Shown: piece after piece, positions 17,088 to 28,293 of the stretch | How the letters are laid out: each line of letters begins with the position of its first letter | Position numbering within the stretch: the first letter of the stretch is position 1 | NCBI GenBank assembly: GCA_947493265.1 | Contig: CANLQL010000003.1 | Location: forward strand, 500,485-564,484 | Source of the DNA: an uncultured Litoreibacter sp. | GTDB taxonomy: Bacteria > Pseudomonadota > Alphaproteobacteria > Rhodobacterales > Rhodobacteraceae | Reading direction: 5' to 3' | DNA: 64,000 nt | The notes under the pieces: model-generated | The model's input: the letters and a program-made list of their open reading frames with translations, nothing else | Databases searched by the model: none | Told to the model about the DNA's origin: nothing | Translations under genes and position numbers: made by a program

Positions 17088-19247
17088 ATGCAGGACCCTG
17101 CACTGAGCGAAGAATTGATTGCAGCGCATGGGCTGAAGCCTGACGAATACGCCCGTATTCTAGAGATCATCGGACGCGAACCCACCTATACCGAGCTGGG
17201 TATTTTCTCCGCCATGTGGAACGAGCATTGTTCCTATAAATCCTCGAAAAAATGGTTACGTACATTGCCCACGGAAGGCCCTCAGGTCATTTGCGGTCCG
17301 GGCGAAAATGCGGGCGTTGTCGATATTGGCGACGGTCAGGCGGTGGTCTTCAAAATGGAAAGCCACAACCACCCCTCCTATATTGAACCCTATCAGGGTG
17401 CTGCCACTGGCGTGGGCGGCATTCTGCGCGATGTTTTCACAATGGGCGCGCGGCCAATCGCTGCAATGAACAGCTTGAGTTTTGGCAGCCCCGATCACCC
17501 GAAAACCCGCAGTCTTGTATCTGGCGTTGTCGCCGGTGTCGGCGGATACGGCAATTGCTTTGGTGTGCCTACGGTTGGCGGCGAAGTGCGCTTCCACGCG
17601 GCCTATAATGGCAACTGCCTTGTGAACGCCTTTGCCGCAGGTTTGGCGGATGCCGACAAGATCTTCTATTCCGCCGCTTCAGGCATCGGGATGCCGGTCG
17701 TTTATCTGGGGGCCAAAACCGGACGCGACGGTGTGGGCGGGGCGACCATGGCCTCCTCCGAATTTGATGACAGCATTGAAGAAAAGCGGCCCACCGTGCA
17801 GGTCGGTGACCCGTTCACCGAAAAACGCCTGATGGAAGCTTGTCAGGAATTGATGCAGACAGGGGCCGTAATTTCCATTCAGGACATGGGTGCAGCAGGC
17901 CTGACCTGTTCTGCCGTAGAAATGGGGGACAAGGGCGATCTTGGTGTGCGGCTCTGGCTCGAAAAAGTGCCGGTACGTGAAGAAAACATGACCGCCTATG
18001 AAATGATGCTGAGCGAGTCGCAGGAACGCATGTTGATGGTCCTGAACCCTGATCTTGAGGCGGAGGCGAAAGCCGTCTTCGACAAATGGGACCTCGATTT
18101 CGCCATCGTCGGCGAGACCATCGCCGAAGACCGTTTCATCATCGAACATAATGGAGAGGTCAAAGCCGAACTGCCGCTGAAAGCGCTGTCAGGCACCGCA
18201 CCCGAATATGACCGCCCTTGGGTTGAAACACCTCCGGCCGCGCCCTTGGAAAACGTGCCCGAAATTGAACCGATCGATGGGCTGAAAGCGCTGCTTTCCA
18301 GCCCGAATTACGCGTCCAAACAGTGGGTTTGGGAACAGTATGACAGTCAGGTTATGGCCGACACGGTGGCAGCCCCCGGCGCTGGTGCAGGCATTGTGCG
18401 CGTTCACGGTACGAAAAAGGCGCTGGCGTTTACGTCAGACGTAACGCCGCGCTACGTGAAAGCGAACCCGTATCAAGGCGGCGCGCAGGCCGTGGCCGAA
18501 GCCTACAGAAACCTGACAGCTTGTGGCGCGAAGCCTTTGGCAACAACAGATAATATGAATTTCGGCAATCCCGAAAAGCCTGAGATCATGGGCCAGTTTG
18601 TCGGCGCGATCAAAGGCATCGGGGCCGCAGTCAAAGCGCTGGATATGCCAATCGTGTCCGGCAATGTTTCGCTTTACAACGAAACCGATGGCTCGGGCAT
18701 TCTGCCAACCCCCACGATTGGCGCAGTTGGCCTGATCGACGATCTGGATCACATCATTTCAGGTCAGGTTCGCGACGGGCATCTGGCCATTCTTGTGGGC
18801 GACACGGACGGCCATCTGGGGCAATCCGCGCTTCTGGCGGAAATGTTTGGTCGCGAAGACGGCGATGCGCCGCATGTCGATCTGGACGCCGAAAAGCGCA
18901 ACGGCGATTTCATCCGCGACAATCGCGACTGGATCGACGTGTGCACGGATCTGTCGGATGGCGGCTTGGCATTGGCCGCGTTTGAACTGGCCGAGGCCGC
19001 TGGGGTCGGCGTGCAACTGGACAACGCCCCTATTGCCCAGCTGTTTGGTGAAGATCAGGCCCGCTACTTGATCGGCTGTTCCTTCGACAAAGCCGAAGCG
19101 CTGATGATCGCGGCGGGGCAAGCTGATGTGACGCTGCAAACCGTTGGCAAGTTCACCGGTACAGCTGTGTCGCTTGGAAATTCGGAAGCCCCACTTGAGG
19201 AGTTGAGCCACCTCTATCGCACCAAATTTGCAGACGCCGTCGCGTGA
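17088..19247 (+). CDS. purL: Phosphoribosylformylglycinamidine synthase subunit PurL
   Basis: Full-length PurL similarity ([45 protein letters not shown]...). The ATG at 17088, with GGGGAGA upstream, is preferred over the ATG at 17055. Confidence 0.95.
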   Translation: MQDPALSEELIAAHGLKPDEYARILEIIGREPTYTELGIFSAMWNEHCSYKSSKKWLRTLPTEGPQVICGPGENAGVVDIGDGQAVVFKMESHNHPSYIEPYQGAATGVGGILRDVFTMGARPIAAMNSLSFGSPDHPKTRSLVSGVVAGVGGYGNCFGVPTVGGEVRFHAAYNGNCLVNAFAAGLADADKIFYSAASGIGMPVVYLGAKTGRDGVGGATMASSEFDDSIEEKRPTVQVGDPFTEKRLMEACQELMQTGAVISIQDMGAAGLTCSAVEMGDKGDLGVRLWLEKVPVREENMTAYEMMLSESQERMLMVLNPDLEAEAKAVFDKWDLDFAIVGETIAEDRFIIEHNGEVKAELPLKALSGTAPEYDRPWVETPPAAPLENVPEIEPIDGLKALLSSPNYASKQWVWEQYDSQVMADTVAAPGAGAGIVRVHGTKKALAFTSDVTPRYVKANPYQGGAQAVAEAYRNLTACGAKPLATTDNMNFGNPEKPEIMGQFVGAIKGIGAAVKALDMPIVSGNVSLYNETDGSGILPTPTIGAVGLIDDLDHIISGQVRDGHLAILVGDTDGHLGQSALLAEMFGREDGDAPHVDLDAEKRNGDFIRDNRDWIDVCTDLSDGGLALAAFELAEAAGVGVQLDNAPIAQLFGEDQARYLIGCSFDKAEALMIAAGQADVTLQTVGKFTGTAVSLGNSEAPLEELSHLYRTKFADAVA

Positions 19248-19316
19248 GCGCGCTCTTGCAGCGCTCCGGATCCGCGCCTACATTCAAGCGCAAGGACGAT
19301 AAAGGACCTGTTCGCC

Positions 19317-19553
19317 ATGCCGATGCAAGCCAACGAGATTGAAGAGCTGATCCGCGAAAGCTTCCCAAACGCCGAAATCACCGTGCAAGGCGATGATGGT
19401 GTGCATATGGCAGCGCAGGTGATTGACGAAAGTTTCCGCGGCAAGAACCGCGTTCAACAACAGCGCGCTGTCTACGCAGCGCTTAAAGGAAAAATGGATG
19501 GGCCAAGCGGCGAATTGCACGCTTTGGCCCTGACCACGAAAGCCCCGGAGTGA
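19317..19553 (+). CDS. BolA/IbaG-family protein
   Basis: 78 aa. ...[30 protein letters not shown]... matches the BolA fold signature. It sits directly upstream of a monothiol glutaredoxin, which is the usual partner. Confidence 0.85.
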   Translation: MPMQANEIEELIRESFPNAEITVQGDDGVHMAAQVIDESFRGKNRVQQQRAVYAALKGKMDGPSGELHALALTTKAPE

Positions 19554-19558
19554 ACGAT

Positions 19559-19921
19559 ATGTCTGATGCAAACGCACAAATTCAGGAAACCATCACCGCC
19601 AATGATGTCGTCCTTTTCATGAAGGGCACAAAAGAGATGCCGCAATGCGGGTTCTCCTCCCGCGTCGCAGGCGTGCTGAATTATATGGGGATCGCCTATC
19701 AGGATGTGAATGTCTTGTCCGATGATACGATCCGTCAGGGGATCAAGGATTTTTCCGATTGGCCGACGATCCCACAGCTCTATGTCAAAGGTGAGTTTGT
19801 CGGTGGTTGCGATATCATCACTGAAATGACCCTGTCGGGAGAGCTTGATACGCTCTTTGATGAAAACAACGTCACCTATGACAAAGACGCCGCCAACAAG
19901 ATCCGCGAAGCCAACGGCTAG
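19559..19921 (+). CDS. grxD: Grx4-type monothiol glutaredoxin
   Basis: CGFS active site ([10 protein letters not shown]) and [19 protein letters not shown]. The ATG at 19559 is preferred over the GTG at 19550. Confidence 0.9.
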   Translation: MSDANAQIQETITANDVVLFMKGTKEMPQCGFSSRVAGVLNYMGIAYQDVNVLSDDTIRQGIKDFSDWPTIPQLYVKGEFVGGCDIITEMTLSGELDTLFDENNVTYDKDAANKIREANG

Positions 19922-19969
19922 CGCGCCCACTTCTTCTTGCCAAAAATACTCCCGCCGGAGGCAAAAAAA

Positions 19970-19994
19970 GGCCCGCCAAAATGACGGGCCTTTT
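19970..19994. terminator. Bidirectional intrinsic terminator candidate between grxD and tkt
   Basis: GGCCCG-(9 nt)-CGGGCC, with an A-run before it and TTTT after it. Confidence 0.55.
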
Positions 19995-20014
19995 GAATGT
20001 CTGGACTACGCTGA

Positions 20015-22054
20015 TCAGGTGCTGGATTGCCAATCACCTGCCAGCAGCTTTTTGACCTTCTCGGCTGTTTGCTCGGCCGTGATCCCGAAATGCTCGTAGA
20101 GCGTTCCGGCTGGTGCGGACGCCCCGAACCCGTGCATCCCGACGAAGCCCGATTTCTCGCGCTTGCCGCGTTCGCCGAACAGCCAGCGATCCCAGCCAAA
20201 GCGAATACCGGCTTCCACGGCCACACGCACCGGGCCCGCAGGCAGTACTTTGCGGCGATATTTCTCGTCCTGCTCTTCAAACAGCTCCCAACACGGCATG
20301 GACACGACCCGGGTGCCGATCCCATCGGCTTCCAACAGCGCTTTGGCAGCCAAGGCCACAGACACTTCTGATCCTGTCGCCATCAGGATTGCCTGACGTT
20401 TTCCTTCGGCCTCGGCCAGAACATATGCTCCGCTTGCAACCTGGTTTTTCAACTTATGCTCTGTGCGTACTGTTGGCAGGCCCTGACGGCTCAGCGCCAG
20501 AACCGACGGTGTTTTCTTTGATGTCAGCGCGATTTCCCAAGCTTCAGCGGTTTCGACCGCATCGGCAGGGCGGAAAACATTGGTATTGGGTGTCGCGCGC
20601 AGCATCGCCAGATGCTCAACCGGTTGGTGCGTCGGGCCATCTTCGCCCAGCCCGATGGAATCGTGCGTCATCACATAAGTTACAGGAACACCCATAAGCG
20701 CTGACAGACGCATCGCACCACGGGCATAGTCTGTGAAACACATGAACGTGCCACCATAGGCTTTCATCCCACCGTGAAGCGCCATGCCGTTCATGGCGGC
20801 TGCCATGCCATGCTCACGGATGCCGTAATACATGTAACGGCCTTTGCGGTTGTCCGGGCTGAAAACACCCATATCCGCGGTCAGCGTGTTGTTTGAACCG
20901 GTCAGATCAGCAGATCCCCCGAAGGTCTCCCCCATCACCGGGTTGATCACTTCCAGAGCCATCTCGGAGGCTTTGCGCGTGGCCACTTTCGGTTGGCTCT
21001 CGCTGATTTGCTTTTTCAGCGCTTTGATCGTGGCTGACAGCTTGTTCGGCACCTCGCCGGAAAGCTCCCGGTTGAACTGCTTTTGCCGCCCGGTGGACAG
21101 TTTTGCAAAACGGTCTTCCCATGCGGCACGGGCGTCAGCGCCGCGCGACCCGATGGCTTCCCATGCGGATTTCACGTCATCCGGGATTTCAAATGGGCCA
21201 TAAGGCCAGCCGTAAGCCTCGCGCGCATCGGCGATCAGTTTGGGATCGGTCAACGCCCCATGCCCTTTGGAGGTGTCTTGCGCAGATGTCCCCAAAGCGA
21301 TGTTTGTTTTGCACGCGATCATCGACGGTTTGCCGGTCTTCTTGGCTTTTGTGATGGCCTCATCGATCTCTTCAGGATCATGGCCGTCGATTTCCTGCAC
21401 ATGCCAGCCAGACGCTTTGAAACGTTTCACCTGATCCGTGCGGTCCGACAAATCAACCGTACCGTCGATGGTAATGTTGTTGTTGTCCCAGAACACGATC
21501 AAGCGGCCAAGCTCGTGACGGCCCGCAAGACCAATGGCTTCCTGACTGACACCTTCCATCAGGCAGCCGTCGCCTGCGATCACATAAGTGTAGTGGTCGA
21601 CCAGCTTCTTGCCGTAACGCGCGCGTTGCACTTCTTCGGCAATCGCGAAACCGACGGAATTGGCGATCCCCTGCCCCAATGGGCCGGTCGTGGTCTCGAT
21701 CCCTTCGGCATGGCCATATTCCGGGTGACCGGCGGTGATCGCACCCAACTGGCGGAAGTTTTTCACCTGATCAAGCGTCATGTCTTTGTAGCCGGTCAGA
21801 TGCAGCAGCGAATACAGCAGCATCGAGCCGTGGCCCGCCGACAGAATGAAGCGATCCCGATCCGGCCAATTCGGGGCACTGGCATCAAAGTTGAGGTGCT
21901 TTTCGTAAAGGACCGTCGCCACATCTGCCATCCCGATGGGCATACCAGAATGTCCTGAATTGGCCGCAGCGACCGCATCAAGGGTCAATGTGCGGATCGC
22001 ACAGGCCTTCTTCCAATGTTCCGGATGTCTGGCGCGCAAGCTCTCTATATCCAC
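20015..22054 (-). CDS. tkt: Transketolase
   Basis: 679 aa with [15 protein letters not shown] and GDGCLMEG (TPP motif) and full-length Tkt similarity. GTG start. Confidence 0.95.
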   Translation of the reverse strand: MDIESLRARHPEHWKKACAIRTLTLDAVAAANSGHSGMPIGMADVATVLYEKHLNFDASAPNWPDRDRFILSAGHGSMLLYSLLHLTGYKDMTLDQVKNFRQLGAITAGHPEYGHAEGIETTTGPLGQGIANSVGFAIAEEVQRARYGKKLVDHYTYVIAGDGCLMEGVSQEAIGLAGRHELGRLIVFWDNNNITIDGTVDLSDRTDQVKRFKASGWHVQEIDGHDPEEIDEAITKAKKTGKPSMIACKTNIALGTSAQDTSKGHGALTDPKLIADAREAYGWPYGPFEIPDDVKSAWEAIGSRGADARAAWEDRFAKLSTGRQKQFNRELSGEVPNKLSATIKALKKQISESQPKVATRKASEMALEVINPVMGETFGGSADLTGSNNTLTADMGVFSPDNRKGRYMYYGIREHGMAAAMNGMALHGGMKAYGGTFMCFTDYARGAMRLSALMGVPVTYVMTHDSIGLGEDGPTHQPVEHLAMLRATPNTNVFRPADAVETAEAWEIALTSKKTPSVLALSRQGLPTVRTEHKLKNQVASGAYVLAEAEGKRQAILMATGSEVSVALAAKALLEADGIGTRVVSMPCWELFEEQDEKYRRKVLPAGPVRVAVEAGIRFGWDRWLFGERGKREKSGFVGMHGFGASAPAGTLYEHFGITAEQTAEKVKKLLAGDWQSST

Positions 22055-22383
22055 GTAACACGTCCCCCTTGGTGGCTGGCTCTTGGCAGCGTTGATTTTG
22101 CCCAGCGTGATAGCAGTGTGGGCGGTGAGTTCAAGCGGCTTGCGCCCGCGAAAGGGTACTGAACGCCTTAACCCTCCTGCTCAAACGCAAATTCTTGTGG
22201 TTTTTGGACTGAATTTCGCAAAAAGACGCAATATAGGCACTCGATCAAGCAAAAATTCGCAGGAAAGCCTTGCGAAACAGGGGGGAACGATTCGATACTA
22301 CGATTAACCATAAGTCGCCAAGGGCAGCGGCGAACATTTGACGAGTTCTCAGGTCGCCCCGAAGACAAAAAAAGGAATTGAAG

Positions 22384-22842
22384 ATGCCAGATATTGTGGA
22401 GCTTGAGCGCAGAATAACCGCCGCATTGGACCGGATTGGTCAGCGGCTGGATCAAGGGGGCCCTGTGGCTGATGCGTCCGGTGCGGCCCAAGGGTCTGCC
22501 GAGCATTCTGAATTGCTGGAAGAGCTGGAAATTGAACGCGCCACAATCGAACGTATGGTCGTGACCCGCGAAAAGCACACGGCCCGGATCGAACGGATGG
22601 AAACGCGCCAAGGCCGGATGGCCAGACGCATCGAAGGTCTGACGACAGAAAATCAGCGTTTGCAGTCCCTGGTTGATCAGCTGGCGGAAAACAATGCTGC
22701 GCTGCGGGCCGGTCAAGACGCGCCTGCCGATCCAGAGAAAACCGCGCAGATCACTGATCTTGCAGCGCGCCGCAAAGCCGATCTGGACGAACTGGACGAG
22801 ATCCTGTCGGAGCTGGCCCCAATGATCAAAGAGGGAACGTGA
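22384..22842 (+). CDS. Coiled-coil protein, DUF4164-like (usual ZapA neighbour in alphaproteobacteria)
   Basis: ATG at 22384 after AAAGGAA. The heptad-rich sequence begins MPDIVELERRITAALDRIGQRL.... Its stop lies 1 nt before the zapA ATG. Confidence 0.6.
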   Translation: MPDIVELERRITAALDRIGQRLDQGGPVADASGAAQGSAEHSELLEELEIERATIERMVVTREKHTARIERMETRQGRMARRIEGLTTENQRLQSLVDQLAENNAALRAGQDAPADPEKTAQITDLAARRKADLDELDEILSELAPMIKEGT

Positions 22843-22843
22843 A

Positions 22844-23227
22844 ATGCCTGAAGTAGAAATCAATATTGGCGGACGCAGCTTTCAGGTGGCCTGCCAAACC
22901 GGCGAAGAACATTTCCTGCAATCTGCAGCCAAGCTGTTGAACAATGAAGCGATGGTGTTGTCGGAACAGATCGGCCGGATGCCCGAGACGCGGATGCTGC
23001 TTATGGCGGGTCTTATGCTTGCCGACAAGACAGCGGGTCTGGAAGAAGAGCTGCGCAAAATGGACGAACAATCGCGCGCCATGAAATACGAGATTGAAAC
23101 ACTGAAAGCGGCCCCTGCCGAGCGGGTGGAAGTCGCGGTGATCCCGGATGCTGTTACGGACAGTTTTGCCGAAATCGCAGCCCGTGCGGAGGCCCTGGCG
23201 GCCCGGCTGGAAGGCGATGCGGCTTAG
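22844..23227 (+). CDS. zapA: Cell division protein ZapA
   Basis: MPEVEINIGGRSFQVACQTGEEHFLQSAAKLLN... is the typical ZapA N-terminal domain, followed by a coiled coil. Confidence 0.85.
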   Translation: MPEVEINIGGRSFQVACQTGEEHFLQSAAKLLNNEAMVLSEQIGRMPETRMLLMAGLMLADKTAGLEEELRKMDEQSRAMKYEIETLKAAPAERVEVAVIPDAVTDSFAEIAARAEALAARLEGDAA

Positions 23228-23270
23228 CGGCTGCGCGTCAGAAATTCCAAACGACTCACCAAACGTTAAG

Positions 23271-23298
23271 ATACCGGGGATTGCCCCGGTATTTTTCT
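23271..23298 (+). terminator. Rho-independent terminator after zapA
   Basis: ATACCGGGG-ATTG-CCCCGGTAT followed by TTTTCT. Confidence 0.7.
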
Positions 23299-23310
23299 GT
23301 GAGCGGAAAC

Positions 23311-23324
23311 AGTTATCGCTAACA
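23311..23324. promoter_or_regulatory. LacI-type palindromic operator candidate, weaker copy
   Basis: AGTTATCGCTAACA matches the motif shared with 23352, 25900 and 28294 at 12 of 14 positions. Confidence 0.35.
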
Positions 23325-23351
23325 GGGAAAACTGATCAGAGATCGCCGTTC

Positions 23352-23365
23352 TGTTAACGCTAACA
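23352..23365. promoter_or_regulatory. LacI-type palindromic operator candidate upstream of gap paralogue 1
   Basis: TGTTAACGCTAACA lies 93 bp upstream of the ATG at 23458. It is the exact reverse complement of the site at 25900-25913. Confidence 0.5.
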
Positions 23366-23457
23366 GTCTGTCAAATCAGCATTTTTCATCTTCTCGCATA
23401 CGCGCTGTATCCATATACATACCCGCAGGGGCGCAGTTCGGTATGGAGTTAGGTGAT

Positions 23458-24456
23458 ATGACAACGACAGTGGCTATTAACGGATTTGGACGGATCGGGC
23501 GGTGTACGCTCGCCCATATCACCGAAGCAGCACGCAATGACATTCAGGTGGTTGCGATCAACGCAACCGGACCCATTGAGACCAACGCGCATCTTCTGAA
23601 ATACGACTCTGTTCATGGACGCTTCGGCAGCGAAATTCGCATCGACGGCGACACAATGGATCTGGGCCGCGGCCCGATGAAAGTCTTCTCCACATATGAT
23701 CCGTCCGAATTGGACTGGAACGGCATCGACGTGGTTCTGGAATGCACCGGCAAGTTCAACTCCGGCCCGCAATCAGCTGTGCATCTGGAGCGCGGCGCGA
23801 AGCGTGTCCTGATCTCTGCGCCTGCCAAGAATGTCGATAAGACGATCGTCTATGGTGTGAACCACCGTGATCTGGAGCCTGCCAACAAGATCGTCTCCAA
23901 CGGCTCCTGCACGACCAACTGTCTTGCTCCGCTCGCTAAGGTTCTGAATGAGACCATCGGGATTGAGCGCGGCATCATGACCACGATCCATTCCTATACC
24001 GGCGACCAGCCGACGCTTGATCGCCGCCACAGTGATCTTTACCGCGCGCGCGCCGCCGCCATGGCGATGATCCCAACCTCCACTGGCGCTGCAAAAGCCT
24101 TGGGCGAAGTCCTGCCAGAGCTTTCGGGTAAACTCGACGGCACCGCGATGCGGGTTCCAACACCGAATGTATCTGCTGTGGATTTGACCTTTGAAGCCAG
24201 CAAAGACGTCACAGTTGAAGACGTTAACGCTGTCGTTGAAGAGGCCGCGCAAGGGCATATGGGCGCTGTTCTGTCCTATGATCCTGAGCAGAAAGTCTCC
24301 ATCGATTTCAACCACACGAATTATTCGTCGATCTTCGCGCCAGACCAGACTAAGGTTGTGGGTGGGCGCACTGTTCGGGTGCTGGCCTGGTATGACAATG
24401 AATGGGGCTTTTCCTGCCGTATGGCCGATGTGGCTGCAGCGATGGGACGCCTCTGA
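23458..24456 (+). CDS. gap: Type I glyceraldehyde-3-phosphate dehydrogenase, paralogue 1 (atypical cofactor-determinant residues)
   Basis: INGFGRIGR and the active site SNGSCTTNCLAP. VVAINA replaces the usual ...ND (Asp32-equivalent becomes Ala), and LDRRH replaces LDLPH. The ATG at 23458 is preferred over 23443. Confidence 0.9.
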   Translation: MTTTVAINGFGRIGRCTLAHITEAARNDIQVVAINATGPIETNAHLLKYDSVHGRFGSEIRIDGDTMDLGRGPMKVFSTYDPSELDWNGIDVVLECTGKFNSGPQSAVHLERGAKRVLISAPAKNVDKTIVYGVNHRDLEPANKIVSNGSCTTNCLAPLAKVLNETIGIERGIMTTIHSYTGDQPTLDRRHSDLYRARAAAMAMIPTSTGAAKALGEVLPELSGKLDGTAMRVPTPNVSAVDLTFEASKDVTVEDVNAVVEEAAQGHMGAVLSYDPEQKVSIDFNHTNYSSIFAPDQTKVVGGRTVRVLAWYDNEWGFSCRMADVAAAMGRL

Positions 24457-24492
24457 ACAAGAGGCGCGCCCAAGGGCCCGACATTTCAACCT

Positions 24493-24636
24493 ATGAGCAA
24501 TCGAGTTGCGTTGGTTCTCGCGATTATCGTGTCCCTTATCGTCTGTGCAGACGTCTTTCTAATGGACGCGCAATGGACGATCTTTCTGACCAAGAAACTA
24601 TTGGATCTGACAGAATACCTCGCGTTTTGGCGTTAA
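24493..24636 (+). CDS. Possible 47-aa small membrane protein
   Basis: Below the track cutoff: MSNRVALVLAIIVSLIVCADVFLMDAQWTIFLTKKLLDLTEYLAFWR, with one predicted TM helix. No homology recognised. Confidence 0.35.
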   Translation: MSNRVALVLAIIVSLIVCADVFLMDAQWTIFLTKKLLDLTEYLAFWR

Positions 24637-24663
24637 GCCCTTCTGCGTATATTTTAGCATTCC

Positions 24664-24688
24664 TTAACGAAAATTAAGAACCCATTAA
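24664..24688. promoter_or_regulatory. CtrA-box candidate with three phased TTAA elements
   Basis: TTAA elements lie at 24664, 24674 and 24685. The last two form the canonical TTAAGAACCCATTAA (24674-24688), and the first pair has N6 spacing. The cluster is directly upstream of the EAL gene. Confidence 0.45.
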
Positions 24689-24718
24689 TCCTTCAGTGGG
24701 ATCATTGTTCCGTCACCA

Positions 24719-25858
24719 GTGGACGGGAAGGAAGTTCTTAATGCCCAGAAATCTGGGGGACCGATATCGCGAGACAAGCGATACGGGCCTCCGTCACGGC
24801 TCCGTATGATAGACAACAGGCGCATATCGGCGGCCGGCAATCTGTGGGTTGCGGCGCTTTTCTGCGCGAGCCTTTTGGCATCTTGGTTCGGGGTGTTTTC
24901 GATCGCGTTTCTGCTTGGCGGCGTTGCGATCGTTTGGTGCGTAAGGCTTGCTTTGCACTCCCCTCCTTCAACCGATGCTACGGCTCCGAATTCCGCACCT
25001 GAACAGGTTGTTACGGAACGCTCCCCTGCCCTGCAGACTGCCTTGGTGGCAGCACCGCCTGATGCTAAGAAGGAAGACCAAATTGTCGCAGAGCTGTCGG
25101 CGGCGATTGAAACCGGTCAGGGGCTTCGGGTCCTGTACCAACCCATTCTGGATGCAAACACTCGCAAAATCCGTTGCGCAGAAGCGCTGCTAAGGTGGCA
25201 GAGCGATCTCTTGGGATCGGTCGAGCCTGATATCTTCATTCCTGTCGCAGAAGCGCACGGCTTGATTGGTCCGCTAACGCAACTTGTCATCGGTCACGTC
25301 AGCGCGGACCTTGGTGCCGCGCCGCACCCTTTCAAGGTCAACGTCAACATCTCGCCCCTTCAAATCACCGAGCCCGGGTTTCCTGAAATGACCGCGCAGG
25401 CATTTCAGACCCGCGGCATTGATCCGTCCCGCATCGAGATTGAAATTACCGAGGGTGCGATGCTGGCAGATCCGGCCAGTATCCCTGTCGCCCTTGGAAT
25501 GATCCGGAAGGCCGGTTTCACAATAGCGCTGGATGATTATGGCAGCGGGTTTTCGTCCCTTGGCTACCTGCGGCGCTTCGATTTCGACACGTTGAAGCTG
25601 GACAAGTCCCTTGTCATCGACGCGGTCCGATCCCCGCAAGCGCGCGCAATGTTGGAAGCGACCCTGACTATGGCGCGCAGCTTGAACATGAACACCGTTG
25701 CCGAAGGTGTTGAAACCCCCACACAAGCCGATGTTCTAACGGCGATGGGCGTCGATATGTTGCAAGGGTATTTCGGCGGTATGGCGGTCGAAATACAGGA
25801 GCTCAGTGATTTTCTGAGCACGCCCGATCAACCGATTGTGCGACGCAAACACGCATAA
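24719..25858 (+). CDS. Membrane-anchored EAL-domain protein (putative c-di-GMP phosphodiesterase); start uncertain
   Basis: EALLRW, EIEITEGAM, DDYGSGFSSLGYLRRF..LKLDKS and QGY motifs, with two N-terminal TM helices. The track start at 24719 is GTG; the ATG at 24806 (MIDNRR...) is an alternative. Confidence 0.85.
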   Translation: MDGKEVLNAQKSGGPISRDKRYGPPSRLRMIDNRRISAAGNLWVAALFCASLLASWFGVFSIAFLLGGVAIVWCVRLALHSPPSTDATAPNSAPEQVVTERSPALQTALVAAPPDAKKEDQIVAELSAAIETGQGLRVLYQPILDANTRKIRCAEALLRWQSDLLGSVEPDIFIPVAEAHGLIGPLTQLVIGHVSADLGAAPHPFKVNVNISPLQITEPGFPEMTAQAFQTRGIDPSRIEIEITEGAMLADPASIPVALGMIRKAGFTIALDDYGSGFSSLGYLRRFDFDTLKLDKSLVIDAVRSPQARAMLEATLTMARSLNMNTVAEGVETPTQADVLTAMGVDMLQGYFGGMAVEIQELSDFLSTPDQPIVRRKHA

Positions 25859-25899
25859 AACCTGAAGATCGCCGGTTGACCTTTCAGAAAATCTTGCAA

Positions 25900-25913
25900 T
25901 GTTAGCGTTAACA
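25900..25913. promoter_or_regulatory. LacI-type palindromic operator candidate upstream of gap paralogue 2
   Basis: TGTTAGCGTTAACA lies 27 bp upstream of the ATG at 25940. Confidence 0.5.
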
Positions 25914-25939
25914 AAATTACCTCATTCAGGAGACGTGAC

Positions 25940-26944
25940 ATGTCTGTCAAAGTAGCGATCAACGGATTTGGCCGCATCGGGCGCAACGTATTGCGCGCGA
26001 TCATCGAAAGTGGCCGCACCGATATCGAGGTGACGCATATCAACGATCTTGGCCCGGTTGAAACCAACGCGCATCTGCTGCGTTTTGACTCCGTCCATGG
26101 CCGTTTCCCGCAAGAGGTGACCGTACGTGGTGACACGATTGATGTGGGCCGCGGCCCCATCGAAGTGTCTGCCATCCGCAACCCCGACGACCTGCCCTGG
26201 GGTGATGTTGATATCGTTCTGGAATGTACCGGCATCTTCACCGACAAGGAAAAGGCGAAAATTCACCTGCAAAACGGGTCTTCCCGCGTTTTGGTCTCTG
26301 CCCCGTCAAAAGGCGCAGATAAAACAATCGTTTACGGGGTGAATGATGACACATTGACCGCGGATGATTTGGTCGTCTCGAACGCGTCTTGTACGACCAA
26401 CTGCCTGACGCCAGTGGCCAAAGTGCTGCACGACAATGTCGGTATCGTCAAAGGTTTCATGACCACGATTCACTCCTACACAGGCGATCAGCCCACGTTG
26501 GATACGATGCACAAGGATCTTTACCGGGCGCGCGCCGCCGCGATGAGCATGATCCCGACCTCAACCGGGGCCGCGCGCGCCGTAAGTCTTGTGATGCCAG
26601 AGCTTGAAGGCAAACTGGACGGTGTCGCGATCCGCGTGCCGACGCCCAATGTCTCTGCCGTCGATCTGACGATTGAAGCATCCCGCGACACAAGCGTTGA
26701 AGAAATTAACGAAATGATGGCCGCCGCTGCGCAAAGCGGACCGTTGAAGGGTGTTCTTGGTTGCACTGATGACAAGCTGGTGTCGATGGATTTCAATCAC
26801 GACCCGCATTCTTCGATCTTTGCCACGGACCAGACAAAAGTTCTGGACGGTCGGATGGTGCGTATCCTTGCTTGGTACGACAATGAATGGGGCTTCTCCA
26901 ACCGGATGGCGGACACTGCCGTCAAAATGGCCAAGCTGATCTAG
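25940..26944 (+). CDS. gap: Type I glyceraldehyde-3-phosphate dehydrogenase, paralogue 2 (canonical NAD-type residues)
   Basis: [15 protein letters not shown] (Asp32-equivalent present) and [12 protein letters not shown]. By eye, roughly 60% identical to paralogue 1. Confidence 0.95.
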   Translation: MSVKVAINGFGRIGRNVLRAIIESGRTDIEVTHINDLGPVETNAHLLRFDSVHGRFPQEVTVRGDTIDVGRGPIEVSAIRNPDDLPWGDVDIVLECTGIFTDKEKAKIHLQNGSSRVLVSAPSKGADKTIVYGVNDDTLTADDLVVSNASCTTNCLTPVAKVLHDNVGIVKGFMTTIHSYTGDQPTLDTMHKDLYRARAAAMSMIPTSTGAARAVSLVMPELEGKLDGVAIRVPTPNVSAVDLTIEASRDTSVEEINEMMAAAAQSGPLKGVLGCTDDKLVSMDFNHDPHSSIFATDQTKVLDGRMVRILAWYDNEWGFSNRMADTAVKMAKLI

Positions 26945-27035
26945 TCAAAATTCTTCCCGGATTTCCGCAATCTGGCATGGCGAAGCATTGCTTGGTCGTG
27001 TTATCGCACAGGCTGTGGGCAAGGAGGGATTTTTG

Positions 27036-28214
27036 ATGGTTTGGAAAACGTTGGATGACGTCTCGTTGATCGGCAAACGGGTCTTGGTACGCGTTGATAT
27101 CAACGTACCGATTGAAGATGGCGTCGTCACAGACACGACCCGTATCGACCGGATTGTTCCCACAGTGCACGACATTCTGGAGAAAGGCGGACGGCCTATT
27201 CTTCTTGCGCATTTCGGTCGACCGAAAGGCAAAATCGTACCGGAAATGTCGCTGAAACACATCGTCCCTTCCCTTGAGTCTGCCCTTGATCGCAAGGTTG
27301 TGTTCATTGATGGCGGCTACCGCGACGCCGTGGAACGGCTGGGGCGGGACGAGGTCGCCTTGCTGGAAAACCTGCGCTTCAATCCAGGCGAGGAACAAAA
27401 TGACAAAGGTTTTGCAGAACGACTGGCAAGCCTTGGACATGTCTATGTGAATGACGCATTTTCGGCGGCTCACAGGGCCCATAGTTCGACCGAGGCGTTG
27501 GCGCACCTTCTGCCTGCTTTCGCAGGTCGCTTGATGCAGGCGGAACTGAGTGCGCTGGAAGCTGCCTTGGGCAAGCCGACCCGACCGGTTGTTGCCGTCG
27601 TCGGTGGCGCGAAAGTGTCCACGAAGCTGGATCTGCTGGCTAATCTGGTAGAGAAAACCGATCATCTAGTGATCGGCGGCGGCATGGCCAATACGTTTTT
27701 GGCAGCGCAGGGCGTCGCAATCGGCACCTCTCTGGCAGAGCGGGAGATGACAGACACCGCGCTTGAAATTCTTGCCAAGGCAGAAAAGGTCGGCTGCAAA
27801 GTTCACCTGCCCAAAGACATCGTCGTTGCACGTGAATTCAAAGCCGGAGCGGCGAGTGAGACCCTGCCCGTCGCCGCCTGCCCCGGAGATGCGATGATCC
27901 TTGACGCAGGTCCCGAAACGGTTGCGGCGCTTGAAACTGTTTTCGACAGCTGCAAAACGCTTTTGTGGAACGGCCCGCTTGGCGCGTTTGAAATCCCGCC
28001 CTTCGATATGGCGACCAACGCTGCCGCTGCAAAAGCAGCCGCGCTGACCAAAGCGGGGCATTTGACCTCTGTTGCCGGTGGCGGAGATACGGTCGCAGCA
28101 CTTAACGGCGCGGATGCCGCCAAGGACTTCACCTATATCTCCACGGCGGGGGGTGCATTCCTGGAATGGATGGAAGGCAAAACCCTTCCCGGTGTTGCCG
28201 CACTGGAAGCCTGA
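27036..28214 (+). CDS. pgk: Phosphoglycerate kinase
   Basis: Track ORF 26988..28214 was trimmed to the ATG at 27036, after AAGGAGGG. RVDINVP, HFGRPKG and GGGDT motifs are present. Confidence 0.95.
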   Translation: MVWKTLDDVSLIGKRVLVRVDINVPIEDGVVTDTTRIDRIVPTVHDILEKGGRPILLAHFGRPKGKIVPEMSLKHIVPSLESALDRKVVFIDGGYRDAVERLGRDEVALLENLRFNPGEEQNDKGFAERLASLGHVYVNDAFSAAHRAHSSTEALAHLLPAFAGRLMQAELSALEAALGKPTRPVVAVVGGAKVSTKLDLLANLVEKTDHLVIGGGMANTFLAAQGVAIGTSLAEREMTDTALEILAKAEKVGCKVHLPKDIVVAREFKAGAASETLPVAACPGDAMILDAGPETVAALETVFDSCKTLLWNGPLGAFEIPPFDMATNAAAAKAAALTKAGHLTSVAGGGDTVAALNGADAAKDFTYISTAGGAFLEWMEGKTLPGVAALEA

Positions 28215-28293
28215 TCTGTCCAAAACCCGTTTTTGGCCCGCTGAAACAGGCTTTCAGCTACGGAAACAGACCGTTTACGACGAATTTTCAGCA

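Noticed and set aside
23228-23442. 6S RNA (ssrS) downstream of zapA, as in enterobacteria.
   Set aside because: The region has a terminator 45 nt after zapA followed by operator-like repeats. I could not fold it into a long imperfect hairpin with a central bubble, and no 5'/3' complementarity is visible.
27001-27014. Possible fifth copy of the LacI-type operator upstream of pgk (TGTTATCGCACAGG).
   Set aside because: Only the left half-site matches (about 9 of 14 positions overall), and the right half is not palindromic.
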